A DNA stretch of 64,000 bases from Tubiluchus corallicola (Eukaryota > Animalia > Priapulida): positions 62,001-126,000 of the forward strand of contig JAQGDQ010000395.1 of NCBI GenBank assembly GCA_030141605.1. Direction: 5' to 3'. Under the pieces are notes generated by a model, which saw nothing but the letters and a program-made list of their open reading frames with translations, had not been told where the DNA came from and ran no database searches. Position 1 is the stretch's first letter, and each line of letters starts with the position of its first letter. Made by a program: the position numbers and the translations under genes. Positions 12,385 to 44,118 of this stretch are shown here, one piece after another.

Positions 12385-13717
12385 CAGTTTGAACTTGTTT
12401 ACTGGACTAGGCTCTGTGTGTAAATTGCACAGGTAATTAAGAAAATTTCGCTGCTTACTGATGAATTTTTAGTGATATTAAAACGGAAATTTTCCTCTGG
12501 TAATTTCTAGTAATACGTTTGTAGCTTTGTCAACGTGGTTATGCTATTATATGCTATATATAACAAGGTATATGCTTTTATCGCCGTGGGTTGGTAGTTT
12601 CACTTCCTTGCCGGTCGGCGGATAAGTTTGGTAGTCGGTCGGTCGGTCGGTCGGTTATTTAGATGGTTAACATAATTTCGCTAAAGCTACTCGACAAATT
12701 TCCGCAAAACCTTCTGGAGGTATGAGGAACAGGACAAGTAAGATCGGCTTCAATTCTGGCAGTTATCTGTTGAGAATTGTAAAAGAAAAACGATCTTACT
12801 GGTTAACAACTTGCATATACAGTAGGAAAATGTGTGACGTCATAAACAAGTACTGCATAAAGTTCTTGTTGTGTTTTGTTTCTCTCGTAAGGCTCGTAGA
12901 GATAACCAGAAAACACGCCGTTAAATGTTATTGCTTTATTGAACGAGAATTCTCTAGAACACCAAGATGAAGGAACTTTGAAATGATTACAATAAACTGA
13001 AAATCTGGAAAACGTTTATATAATTATAAAAGATCTGTGTGCGATGTGTTCTACGATGTGCGATCCGCGATCCCCTGTCGACAGCCTGCTTCGCCTTATA
13101 CACCGCGCTGGAGAAAGTTCTCGAAGAAATGTTCCAGAACAATCCAGACGGTAAGGAGACGCTAAAGCTATCATCCCGACGGAACATTCTACGATGTTCC
13201 ATACAATTCTACTTGACGTCAGCGATCTCCACAACAATTTTCAAAAAGAAAGTGTGCGGGCATGTTGTCAACTTTGCGAGTTTTTATTTATATTTTATTT
13301 TAATATTTGAGAGAAAAGGCAGGAGAGCTAGACTGGTGCATAATTTGCGCCCAAGCAGAAATATTATCTCAAAATTTTCGACCCAAATATGATTTGTGAA
13401 CTTGTTTATGTTAAAGCATCTTTCTAATTTGATGTATTGTTGCCTAGATGGAAAAAATTGAACAGATGAATTAAGATATGCCCATAATTATTAGAAGTGA
13501 TTTACATAATTGTATTTACAATGAAGACATGAAAGTAATAGTACTAAATCGTATTAGTATACAAGAGATATGTTGGTCTGTTACATTATAACGACCTAAC
13601 GACCTGACATTATTATTTCCTTTATATTACTGGGTCAAATCAATAATACAAAATAATCTAGCATGCAGATTAAACGGTGCCCAAGGAAATTCTCGATAAA
13701 GAGCTAAGAGACATAGC

Positions 13718-13923
13718 CAGGGTCGGCCTTAGGTAATTGGAGGCCCTAGGCGAAGTGAATTTGGTGGGCCCAAATGAAATAGAAAAATAAAAATAAATAC
13801 GAAAAAAATAAAATTACGCAATTTATTAAAAACTATAATGTATGTTGCCTCGGCGTGAGCCCCCCCCTGGAGGGTGAGGCCCTAGGCGGTTGCCTAGTTT
13901 GCTTATGCTTAAGGCCGGCCCTG
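13718..13923. mobile_element. Short hAT-like MITE
   Basis: TIR cagggtcggcctta / taaggccggccctg; flanking direct repeat acatagc. Confidence 0.85.
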
Positions 13924-14672
13924 ACATAGCGGTTGGCGGGATACTATGTCGGTCACAAAGGATTGGCCACGTTTTTAATATTTTTAGAGGAAACGTATTA
14001 AAGTCAGAATAATTGGATAATTCCATGGGCAGTTGGGCACGATGCCAAATACTGCTTAACGTACAGGCTTGCATGTTCATTCATAAACCTATTTACCAGG
14101 GCAGATACAGGGAATATTATAACTCGAGATATGCCATACTGGCGTATTTCTCGACACTTACAATTGGTGACGTTGTTTTGTTTGCAAATAATTGTCCTCG
14201 CAAACTTTGGCGGAGCTCTGAGCTCTATTATACTCAGTGCCATTTTAATTATTTTTATTTTTTTCTAGATAAAAATGACAAGCTGAGCTACATAATATTC
14301 GATCCATGCATTTAAATGACAGTCGAAGAAAAATTAGCTCCACCTCGTGGCCAAGTATCTAGACGCCTAAGCCAAAAAGGGAAATTGAGCTGAAGAAATT
14401 TTTCTGCCTACACGCAAATGGCATGCTCTTTCAGCTTCTTAGGCTTTATTACGAACAGAAACTCTGTGTGCAGAAACTCAGCACGTTTGTGATACTAAAT
14501 GTCCAGACGAATTTTCATAGCTTAATGTAAGAATTTTGTTTCCTTGTACTTTAAATGGTTTGAATGGTATATGACTAGTGCTGCTTTTCAATGTTGTTAA
14601 TTCTCCTTCAATAATACTTTTAGTAACCAGCGACACATGTTGTGTAGACACTGGCTTTTTGCTTTGACTTAA

Positions 14673-15355
14673 AGGACAAGAAAAGGGGTACCTGAAGTAG
14701 GATTCAGAAAAATCGCCTTAAAATAATATAATACTTCATAGCAAACTTATGCGTATATCGTACTCGCACTGAAAGGAATTTTAGTTTGTTTTCATTTTAA
14801 ATCTCCCACAATACTGTTCCGAAGTCGCCATTACGTGACGTCATATACGCACAACGTAAATCAAGGGAAGAAAAGGCAATGTTAAATTATGTCGCAAAAG
14901 ACTTTCCGTGAATTCTATATTACTTAGATTTTCGCTTACCTGCTAGAAAGATTTATGTAACTAGAAAAGAAAATTATTAATTATTTAAGATATTTTCACC
15001 AATTGTTAAAATGTCATTGACTCACCCTCCAGGGTGCACCACTCATTAACCAAAAAACGTATTTTAAACTTATTGACAAGATACAGTAATTTTAAATTTT
15101 ATTTAGTTAGTGACTTGTGCGCTACGAATGCTCTGATTATTTTTCAAACTTTACAAAATGTTATCTAAACTTGTTTCAAATGACCTGTCGTGAAAATGTC
15201 TGCACCTAACAGTCATCGCGGGAGTTTAAATTTACATATTTTATACAGCGTGACTGCCGCTTGAAGTCCTGCATGCAAAAAGGCAGTATGTAAGTGATAT
15301 AAAATTTCAAAACGATTTGTTTAAGCTTTGTGTTTATGAAGGGTTTTCTTGTGCT
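14673..15355. mobile_element. MITE family A (TTAA target, AG...CT termini; Kolobok-like), copy 1
   Basis: ttaa|aggacaagaaaa...ttttcttgtgct|ttaa; homologous to 22350-22999 and, inverted, to 56720-57397. Confidence 0.85.
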
Positions 15356-15991
15356 TTAAAGTTATTAGGAAAGCAGGTGTCAAAATGTATCAAAAGAACT
15401 AGAAACTGGAAACTTTTATTAATTCTGTTTCTTCAATAAAACCTTTGGTAACCAATGACAAATTGATTTCCTTAATGCTATTGAGGTAGCGCCATCTACC
15501 AAAAAGAATCCAAAGCTGAAAACTCTGGTTAGTCGAACAATAGCAGGTGTGATGACTGGAAAAAAGTGATACGAAAAAACGAACATTTTGCAAAATTTGG
15601 CTTCTGCAGCAGAGATAGTATAAAGCGGTAGCATAAAATATTTTACATTAAATTTGCAATCAGGAGTGTAAAACATTCAAATGTGTGAATTACTGAAACA
15701 AATGGAATCCATATTCATTAGTTGCAATTATTGCACATGCGCATAAGTTTCCAAAAATGTTCTCATTGTTGATGGACAAAATAAGAACTTAGAACGATGT
15801 GCGATGTTACTTTGTATAAATTTTGGTATTTTGATTCCCACTTGTGCAGTCAAGGTCAGTAAAAATGAATTTTCGAAATTTTAAACTCAGCAGACAATGT
15901 TAAAGTTTTTTCTATTTAATGGCAATACGATGAAAAAGTTCGGGAAATCCACCTCCAAGTAAAAGTGAATGAAAATTGCATTTCGGCTAAT

Positions 15992-16440
15992 AAGCCTAAT
16001 CACATGATAACCGTGAAAAGGTCAAAGGTTAAGTGTACTAGACAAGGCATTTGTGTACACTTGACAACGCCTCGCAGCCCATGCTATTGTAATAGTAACA
16101 GTTTTAACAGCTAGCTAGAACCTTATCTACTTCATTTTTTCTTGTTTCCAAGCAAAATCCTGCTAGTAAATCACTCTACACACAGACTAATGCATAATTA
16201 AGTAAAGTCCATGTAAAACAGTGGAAGTTACTGAACTGATGCGGCTGACGGCTTTTTCCTAATAAAACAACTGAAGTATTGAACTGATACGGCACGCGGC
16301 TTTGCTTTACTCACGTCACGTGACAGTTGTAGGTAAGACGCGTTGCTGTGATACTAAGACACTCAACCTATGTTGCTAAGACACTCAACCTTTGACCTGC
16401 AGCAAATGCGCGTGCGCACAACGAAACTGTTTAAAGGCTT
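15992..16440. mobile_element. MITE family E, copy 2
   Basis: Collinear with copy 1, with small internal duplications. Confidence 0.8.
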
Positions 16441-17541
16441 ATTATGACAAATTTAGTTTAATATTAATTAAAGAGAAATTTGCTTTTTTCCCACTTTTGT
16501 GGTTGAAATTAGTAACCGTTTAAAATAAATGACTATTACAGAGGCAACGTTATAATATAATATTTATAGAAATATTAATTTAATGTAATTTTTAATATGA
16601 AATCATGTCTAATAAACACGTGTGCCGTATATTGTAAATCTCGCGCATGGTTTTTGGGTAAATCTGCGTTATTATAAACGGGTAAGCGAGAATTTGTCTT
16701 GTGATATATATTTTACACAGTTTACATTTAATAAATTGTTTTTTAGAAGTGTTAATGAGAATTTAATCTTTTTATAATGTTACAGTTTGTTTGGGCTTTC
16801 AAAAACCAAATAGAAATTCGAAGCCTCGATTAAATTTTGCTCTTTCTTTGCTCTTTAATACCCAAAACGTGTCATTCCATCTAAACATAATAAGAAATTA
16901 GTACCAAAAAATAACAAATAAACAAAAAATAACAATAGCCAAAAGTCAATTTTACATAATTAAGAGTTATACACTGCACTGTCGTGTTAATTAAAACTTA
17001 GCTGTTATTTTTAACTAAATTTAAGTTTTTTAAAGTAATTAGAGGTTATACATACGTTATTAGCCCCAGATCATAAACAGATAACGACAATATCACTTCA
17101 CAGTACGCCTCTGTCCCAGATCAAATTGATCACGTGATCAGGCCAAAAATCGCCACAAGGTGACCAAAGCCGACAACAAGCGAAGGCTGCTGTGTACGCT
17201 AACGCAAGATTTCCAGTACACAGTTCGTTTATAATTTAAAAATAATTTTACTAGATTTATTTAAATAGCAAAAGTTAGTGAATAGTTATAGTGAAACATT
17301 GCAAAAAAGAAATTAATGGACTCGTGTGCATCACAGTTAAAACGGATTTTGTATTTTTTTTACATTACATTACCATCAAAATGGGTCTTCGTTGCTGCTG
17401 CTAAATGGTTTTGCAACTGTGCTAACCAGAGATAGATGGCGCTAGCGTGCAAAGTATTAACTTTCTTGTGTACGAAAGACTGACCTAGTGGTCAGGCTGA
17501 TTACGTGGATTGCAACTTAAATAGCTCCGGTACAAGCTTAA

Positions 17542-18068
17542 AGGAATGAAAAACTTGAACAAGTCACTCAGTATGTTGGGTTTATTTTACTGACATAGTT
17601 TAAACTTAGAAAAATATAACAAAGAAATTTGCAAAAAACTGCCTATAAAACATAAATTTAAAATGTACTGTCTTTGAATAGAAATACTCAAGCGTGGTGG
17701 TTGCCGCCATTCAATTGAAAATCATGACATAGCTGTGAGACTTCGCAATCTTTCGTAAACGCACGTTGCTGCAGCTTACATAATGTTCACGCTAAAATAT
17801 TATAAAATTAGCGATTTAATTTTTTAATATAAACTTATTACAATTTTGTCGAAGATTGACAGTGAGCTATTTTTCTTCAAGACGAATGACGTCATTGGAA
17901 GAAGAACGAGCGTTCAAAATGGGAACGGCCAAGCATGAAGTGATCGCGACTTTAAACTGATTTTACTAATTACACGAGGCGCTTACTGCAGTTTTGTTAC
18001 TAAATCCTTCTAACATACTTCGCGAACTTTGAAATAAGCCTAACCTTCCAGAAGGCTTGACCTTTCCT
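17542..18068. mobile_element. MITE family B (TTAA, aggaa...ttcct; Kolobok-like), copy 1
   Basis: TTAA flanks; shares gaacaagtcactcagtatgttgggtttattttactg and aataagcctaaccttc with copies at 26949 and 37899. Confidence 0.85.
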
Positions 18069-18287
18069 TTAATCCACGGTCAAACGCTAATTCGAAATCA
18101 ATAAATTAGTTTCAATAATCAATAAATCTCTTCAATTTTACCACTACTTTTTGGCGGAAGACAAAAATCAGTCGACTAATAAAAATTTCAGTCCATCCAC
18201 GAATTAGCAATCAAAGAACTGTGGGAAAATGGCCAAGATTTTGTCAAGAAAGCTCCAAGATGGTTTGTAGTCATCAAGGACATAGCT

Positions 18288-18298
18288 TTATTATTATC

Positions 18299-18332
<34 letters not shown>

Positions 18333-18475
18333 CCATTATCATTATCATTATCATTATCATTATCATTATCATTATCATTATCATTATCATTATCATTATC
18401 ATTATCATTATCATTATCATTATCATTATCATTATCATTATCATTATCATTATCATTATCATTATCATTATCATT

Positions 18476-18550
<75 letters not shown>

Positions 18551-18563
18551 TATTATTATTATT
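18288..18563. repeat. (ATCATT)n/(ATC)n microsatellite
   Basis: Direct inspection. Confidence 0.98.
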
Positions 18564-19066
18564 ACTATGAAGTTTGTTAAAAAATAGATTTTTGATACAT
18601 TATGGTCGTAGAGAATTTTTGTGAACACCTGACTTCACCAGTTAAAGAAAATCATTCAATGTACAGTACTGGTGTGGCCTACCAAAACCATTTTAAAAGT
18701 TGTGTACACGCGTATAAAGTTAAATGTTTATTAATATCAGCAACCTTCACAGAGAACTTATGTCAGAAAGTTTATAGCACGCACGAGCTGCATTTTGACA
18801 AACTAGAAATGATTTACGATGAGTCGATCTTACAACTTTACAATTGCATTTATATGCTGCATTTCTTAGAATCGTAAAAATCAAGCGAAGACGTACTGAG
18901 CTGTGAAATAAGACATGAAAGCCACTGATTTAGATAGATTTGATCTCTTGATCTTGATTAGTAGATTTACAATTTAAAATACAGTTTACAGTTTGATAGA
19001 ATTTTCTTTAATGATCTCACGTTAGAAACGTATTTGGCACCACGACTTCTGCAAGACTTGTCTACT

Positions 19067-19421
19067 GGGGCGTTCAGACATAGAGACTTCTCTCGCAACT
19101 TGTTGAGTCTCTGAGAGTAAAGTTGCTTCGTGTGAACGGCTGGGCAACTTCTCTCGCAACTTGTTGAGTCTCTGAGAGTAAAGTTGCAACGTGTGAACGG
19201 CTGGGCAACTTCTCTCGCAACTTGTTGAGTCTCTGAGAGTAAAGTTGCAACGTGTGAACGGCTGAGCAACTTCTCTCGCAACTTGCTGAGTCTCTGAGAG
19301 TAAAGTTGCTTCGTGTGAACGGCTGGGCAACTTCTCTCGCAACTTGTTGAGTCTCTGAGAGTAAAGTTGCAACGTGTGAACGGCTGCACGGCTTGGTAAT
19401 TTCACTATGTCTGAACGCGCC
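19067..19421. mobile_element. PIF/Harbinger-like MITE filled with 5 x 61-bp tandem repeat
   Basis: 17-bp TIR ggggcgttcagacatag / ctatgtctgaacgcgcc (1 mismatch) bracketing tandem units at 19086-19387. Confidence 0.75.
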
Positions 19422-20083
19422 ATAAGAAGCAGAACATCGCAAGTCCACATTTTGCTGACGAAAAATCGCGACAACATAAATTATTCACCTGACTTGCTTT
19501 AAGAAATGCTTAAATACTGTAAAATGTCAATTATAGAGGTATACAGATTGTATTCGTGCACAGCGTACAGGTAACTTGAATTTTCACTAAAAACCAGTTT
19601 GCAGTTAACAGCTACAAGCATTTAATATGTACTTTTTCAGATTGTTTGTTGACATGTAGTCCTGCCTCAATGACAATTTGGCAGATTTATCCCCAAAGGC
19701 GTCAAACCCATTTTCTTTTTCGGAAGAGGACAGCCATAGTTGACTTAAAATCAAGAACTGTTCTACAGTAGTTTTAAAAACAGAATGATAAAAATACTAT
19801 CAGAAGTTTTGTATCCTATACTACAAAGTTCTATTTTACATATCGTAAATATTTGGAACTGCTGATATCATTTGGTGTATGACTAACATCTTAACTTAAC
19901 GATCTCCCTCCAACACCCGCCCCACCCACTCATACGCATGTCACTTCAAAACAATAAATTGCGTAGCGACTGCACAGCTAGGTGGTAGACACCAAATACA
20001 TGGACACGTAAAACAACTACGACGCAAAAGGGTTTTAATGAGTAGCTTTCAATCTATTGCAAAAAACTACAATCAGGTGTTAA

Positions 20084-20293
20084 ACAACGACTCCATGTGC
20101 ACGAATGCGTGATGCGTGATCCGTAATGCGTGGTGCGTATATGACAGTTTATATTTAAACACGAGGGAAGTATTTCCATGTGTACGTAATGCGTAATCTG
20201 TAAAGCATCATGCGTGATACGTAGTCACTCGAACGTGATGGCTATCGTCTGAATACGCAATACGCATTACGCATCGCACATGGAATCGTAGCT
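20084..20293. mobile_element. Small Harbinger-like MITE
   Basis: Inverted ends acgactccatgtgc / gcacatggaatcgt; internal atgcgt repeats; taa/tta flanks. Confidence 0.6.
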
Positions 20294-20740
20294 TTACATT
20301 AGGAAAGTGCTAATGACGGTACTTGGCGTTAACGAATCATTAAAATTGATAATAAATATTAGGTCTATTCTCATTCCAACGTACTAAAAATTTATACCAT
20401 ACCACTATACCTTTTCTGAAAACAAAATTCTAAAATATGTTCTAAAATATTCTATCCTAAAATACGTCAACTAAAAATTAATAAATTTTTTTAAAAATGC
20501 TGATATTAGCATATAATACAAAAATACATTCAAGCTCGTTTTCAGGAATAGGACTTAAAATAAGGAAATTAAAATAAAGACAATGTGTTGTATCCTAATC
20601 AAGGGCTAGGTAGCTTCAAAATTAGTTTAAGAGATGTAACGGCTATAAAAAATAGACTGTCGTTTTGCTGGTCATACAAAAAGCAAAACTTCCAAGCAAA
20701 AATACATCAAAAACAATGAAAACAAATGAGACTACACAAT

Positions 20741-21121
20741 AAGCCTTCACACAGTTTCGCTGTGCGCATGCGCTGTTGCTGTAGGGCAAAGATTAAGTGT
20801 ACCACAGCAAACCGTCTTAACTACAACCGTCACGTGACTTGCGGGTAAAGCAAAACCCTCTGCCGCATCAGTTCTGTAAACTTCTGTTGCTTTACGTGCA
20901 CATTACTTAATTATGCATTAGACTCCGCACAGAGTGATTTGCTTGGTGGTAACAAGAAAAAATGAACCTAGTAAGTTTCTAGCTAGTTGTTAAAACGGTC
21001 ACTATTACACAACAGCTTTGGATGCGAGGCGTTGTCAAGTGTGCACAAATGCATTGTCGGGTGCACTTAACCTTTGACCTTTTCACGATCATCATCAATG
21101 GCTAGAACGGTGAAAAGACTT
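20741..21121. mobile_element. MITE family E, copy 3 (inverted)
   Basis: aat|aagccttcacacag...gtgaaaagactt|att. Confidence 0.8.
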
Positions 21122-22171
21122 ATTGCAAGAATGTGCAACAATGTCAACATGGACGTTGAAATGCAAGCGTTTCAGCCTTGCACGTGGAAAGATGTGGTAC
21201 AAGGAACAGTTCGAAGACACAACTGGTGCAAATGGCAAGGCTAGTCAAACCAACAACGAGCCCACTTGGAGGATGACGGCTATTTTCTGGTTGCCTTGAT
21301 GTAATCATGTTGTTAAGCTTGTTTGTTATGGATACTTAGCTTACAGTTCGTATAAAAATAAAGTTAAGTGAATTGTTTTAGTAAGGATTTCGTACCATTT
21401 CATAAATAACACGTAAAAATGGTACTGTACATTAACGTTATTTAATCTACATAGGATAAGCATATGTCGAAACTTGTAACTCCTTCAGAACCGCACCATC
21501 CAAAATAAGTTTTCTGCTACTGTATGTGCGCAGACATAATTAAATCATTACAAATTGGATACTGTTCTATTCGGGAGAATCTCGGCTATCCAGTCATGCC
21601 ATTTGTTTAAACAATAACAATAATTAATTAATAAGTGATTTAATTAACTAAAATTAACAAAAACACACCCTCTTCAAGCACTCCAGTTTAGCCTATTGAG
21701 TAGCTTAGTCTAGTGTACATTTGCGTGAACGTACACAATAATTTATTGATCGTCTGCTTGCTACAGCCAAAGTTGTTCTGCTGCTATTCCAGGAAAAACT
21801 AACCGATCAGCCAAGGACAAATTAACGTCGTTTCATTTTTAACAGGAATTTCTCCTTAAAGATAGAGTAGATTTGATCGGAGAGTTGTGTCTGGATAGTG
21901 GAATTTTCTGTCTTTAAAGTTAGCTTAGCTGATTTCACACAAGTGATACTGCAGATTGTTACAGTGCAAACACTGCAATTGCTGAATGCTTTTTTTCAAT
22001 TTTTTAATTTGTCTAAGGTAAGCAAATTTATTTCATATATAATTTTGCATGAAAATCCGCGTTATGAGGAGTAGAAACCTACAAAAATTAACAGATCATG
22101 AACCCCATGCAAAATGCAGCAAACGGTTACAGTCCTGAAGGAGTTAAGAACAAGGAGAATGAAAATAAAAT

Positions 22172-40274
<18,103 letters not shown>

Positions 40275-40553
40275 CGCTGTCGCTGTCGCCAAACAGTGAG
40301 AACTGATGCTGATTCTAGCTGAACACGTCAAACAAGCAATACAGCTTCGTCTGTTCTAGTTCAGCTACTGGTGATGAAACGCAGTCGATGCCTTGAACGC
40401 GTTCTGCCACTGGTCACATCAGCTCCAGGGTCGCGAAGCAACTGCGCTTTTTAAAAATGTTTCCTTTATGACGGTTTAGTCTACGTTCGGCAAAAAAAAA
40501 CAACGTCTCTAACGAAACTTAAACTTCCGAATTTGTTGGGCCTATATCGTTGT

Positions 40554-41102
40554 GTGTGACTACGGCCAGATCACGTTGAAAACACCGATTCTCGCCTGAT
40601 CACCGAAGTTAAGCAACGTAGAGCCTGGTTAGTACTTGGATTGGTGACCGCCTAGGAATACCAGGTGATGTAGGCTTGCGGGATGCCCACACTGTATCTC
40701 GACACTAGGCAGAGGAGCTGCACAAGCAGCCAACGGCTAGACGGCAGAGGTGGTCAAGTGACCCAACGGCCATGTGTAGAGGAGTAAACCTTCCAAATCA
40801 GGAGTGGAGCCCCGAAGGCGGACCAGTGCAGCAAATCCACTGACTCCGGCAGCTCCTGCAGCCAACCTGGTGCCAAACGTATAGCTCCGCTTTCCTTTGG
40901 ACTACACCAGGGAGGAAGAGAGGGGGTTCCTGTTGTCTGGGCAACTCAGGATCTCCATACACCTTGCCCAGGCGTGCGCCCTGGAGACGTTCAAGGATCG
41001 CACTGCTCAGCCACAGTCGACACTGCAGCTCCATCAATGTGATCAATAACTGACTCTCTTGGCGCACACTCTATTGTCTTCCGAGACAGAAGGATGCCAA
41101 CC
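40554..41102 (+). mobile_element. 5S rRNA-derived SINE (SINE3-type) with 10-bp target-site duplication
   Basis: Full-length 5S-like head at 40558-40677 runs straight into about 425 nt of GC-rich body with no oligo-T terminator; flanked by the identical direct repeat ATATCGTTGT at 40544-40553 and 41103-41112. Confidence 0.85.
40558..40677 (+). pseudogene. 5S rRNA-like sequence (SINE head, probably not a functional rRNA gene)
   Basis: gactacggcc...gatcaccgaagttaagcaacg...ggttagtacttgga...gaataccaggtgatgtaggctt follows metazoan 5S rRNA along its whole length with several substitutions; single copy, not in a tandem array. Confidence 0.85.
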
Positions 41103-41859
41103 ATATCGTTGTATAAAAATTATCTTTAATATACTGATACTGGTGCAACATATCGCTTATTTTTAGATGGCAGATTTTCCCATGTTCCAAAATCACTCGT
41201 TAATTTAAGTGCCAAACAACGGACCCTTAATAGTTCAATTACTAGCCGTCTTGCCAACTCTAACGCATAATGTGATGTTAATATTATATGAAATTAATAG
41301 TAAAAACACCAATTTATTAGATCCACATTTCAAGTAGAATACTATCACTTTATTGTGTGTACAACTACCGCTGTGTCTTCGTATCTCACTTTTGTTAACT
41401 TAAACGAACTTACTTGATTTAACAGCACGAGGAGAGACGTAATGCTCAAACATGCACTGGCTTTCGTTCAATATACAGAATCAGCCGAAAATGAGGTTTA
41501 TTTATGAATGGACGTATACCTATGCTGAAATTATGATAATGATATCATCCTTATGGCTGACTGCTGCTATTTGTTTAGTGTGAATACTTATTACCTGTGT
41601 ATGATTTCATGTTACCAGGTAGATAATATGAGGTAAATAGCCTAGTTAATATAGGCTAGCTAGCTTAAGTACCGGATCTTTATGTGTCAACTGAAATATA
41701 CTGCGCAACTGAGTACATAGCAGCGTTTACATACGCAACACCACGAGAATGTACAAACAAAATTATTGCACGTATCAAGCCTTGTTTGATTCGAATCATT
41801 AGTTGAAAGACTGTCTGAACTCAAGATCATCAAACGGAAATGACGTCAATGTCTGCATT

Positions 41860-42222
41860 TTGAGTTAAACATGGCAAATCGAAAATCTGACTCTATGGAG
41901 CTTTCGTTCTAATTAGTTCCAATGAAGCTTCATGACGATCCCTTGCAAACTGGTCAAGCCTTAGGCTTTTCGCATGGATAATGTTATTGCTGCCATTAAG
42001 AGTCCAAGATGGCAGATTAAATATCGGACTCCGTCAGTCGATGCGGAATTCGTTTTGCTGTACCCCTGTAAAGTTTCGTGATGATCCGCTGCGAAATGGC
42101 TTTTTTCTAAAATGACCTTTTCACAGCCATCTTGAACACGAAATAGCAGATCGAAAATCCGACTCCATCAGTAAATGTGGAATTCCTTTTAGTAAATTCT
42201 TGTGAAATTTCATAACGATGCT
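41860..42222. repeat. Three diverged repeats of about 135 bp (old repetitive element)
   Basis: Recurrent atcgaaaatc.gactc...tttcatgacgat blocks. Confidence 0.55.
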
Positions 42223-42279
42223 TTTAGTAGTATCCTTTTGATACGCCTGAGTTTACTGAAAAATCTTCCAGACATCAGT

Positions 42280-42686
42280 AAAAGCTGTTTATCTTTGACC
42301 CAAGAAATTTTGGTGGAAAACTCTTTTGAGGTTACTGGTTAAACAAATCAAGTCCCTATCAGCATTTAAAACAAAATTAAAATCACTAATATTAACCAGA
42401 TATGAAAAACCATCACACCAGTACGACAACATACACACTAATTTAGAATTAATATATCCACGGCCATATTAATTAAATCATTTTTTTTCATTTTTTTGTG
42501 CATAGTTGTAAATATGTTTGATTTTATTCGTCGTTACTTTCCATTACTGCACAGTAGTTTAGATTGCACTGACGCATTTGCCTTTAGCAGTGTAAGTTTT
42601 TATTAACTAACACTGATTGATCATCTCTGTAAAGTCTTTATCAGTGATTATCAATGTATTTTAATGGCAAATAAAGATTATTATAT
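42280..42686 (+). mobile_element. LINE 3' end with 3' UTR
   Basis: KSLSAFKTKLKSLILTRY-like ORF2 end, then a UTR ending aataaa; the same UTR recurs at 27717-27884. Confidence 0.65.
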
Positions 42687-42989
42687 GATGCTTTTGGAAC
42701 CGATCCTGATTTTAGAAATCCACGGGCCGCTTCTTGGTTCCCGACCCGTACCAATGCTTCTGCGGGACCGCCGTTTACAGGCCTTGGCATCAGCTTCATG
42801 TTCTTAATTAAAAATCTGTGTCAAGGTTAGAGTACCACTTGACGGAAATATGATCACTTGAGCAAAAAAAAGTCGGGCTTCTTCACGTTAGGGAATCTCT
42901 GAGTTGTAGGCTTACTACCGACTTTTTTCGTTAATCCAAAGATTTCTAGTAGCAGAAATTCTTCAATAATAATCCATTAAATTCAAAGA

Positions 42990-43028
42990 AAGAGAGAGAG
43001 GGGGGAGAGGGAGACAGAGAGAGAGAGA

Positions 43029-43125
<97 letters not shown>
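42990..43125. repeat. (GA)n microsatellite
   Basis: Direct inspection. Confidence 0.97.
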
Positions 43126-43127
<2 letters not shown>

Positions 43128-43643
43128 GCGAGACTCAGCAAAGTTCAGGTGAATGAAGTTTAAACGCCGATAAATAGAAACATGTACGTTTACTATGCAG
43201 TGGCGCGACCTGTTAGAGGAAAACGAAAACTCGTGATTATATGTATTATTCATAACAACTGCAAGAAATGCTCCTAAACAAAATTTAGTATTGTAAAATA
43301 AATGTATTAAGAACTATGTTATTTACATAAACATTTCTCATCAAAGTTCTCCGTAAACCATTAAATAATAACATGCATATACTAATAACATACAGCGAAA
43401 TAAATATCCAATCAATTTTTAAAAATATATACAGCTAATTACGTGCCCGCATAAGCCTTGCGTACTAAATACTACGTCTTACAGTATATGTGTATTCAAT
43501 TAGCAGTAAAACAGTGTCTACAGCCCATGTATCTTGAAAAGAAGGAAATGGGTGAAAGCGAAAGTGAATAGGTATCATCCCGCGATACATTTAATTAATG
43601 GGTTTGGTGCAGAAAAGTCTGCGATGGTTTTTAGAACTTTGTA

Positions 43644-44029
<386 letters not shown>

Positions 44030-44118
44030 AGTTTATTGACATGTCACAAGAAATTATATAACATAGCAGCTGCAGGATGACAGTCCTATAAATAACAAGT
44101 ACACAAACTTTCCACAGT

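Noticed and set aside
40558-40677. Functional 5S rRNA gene
   Set aside because: No oligo-T terminator, substitutions at normally conserved positions, single copy, and enclosed with a long body inside a TSD; better explained as a SINE head.
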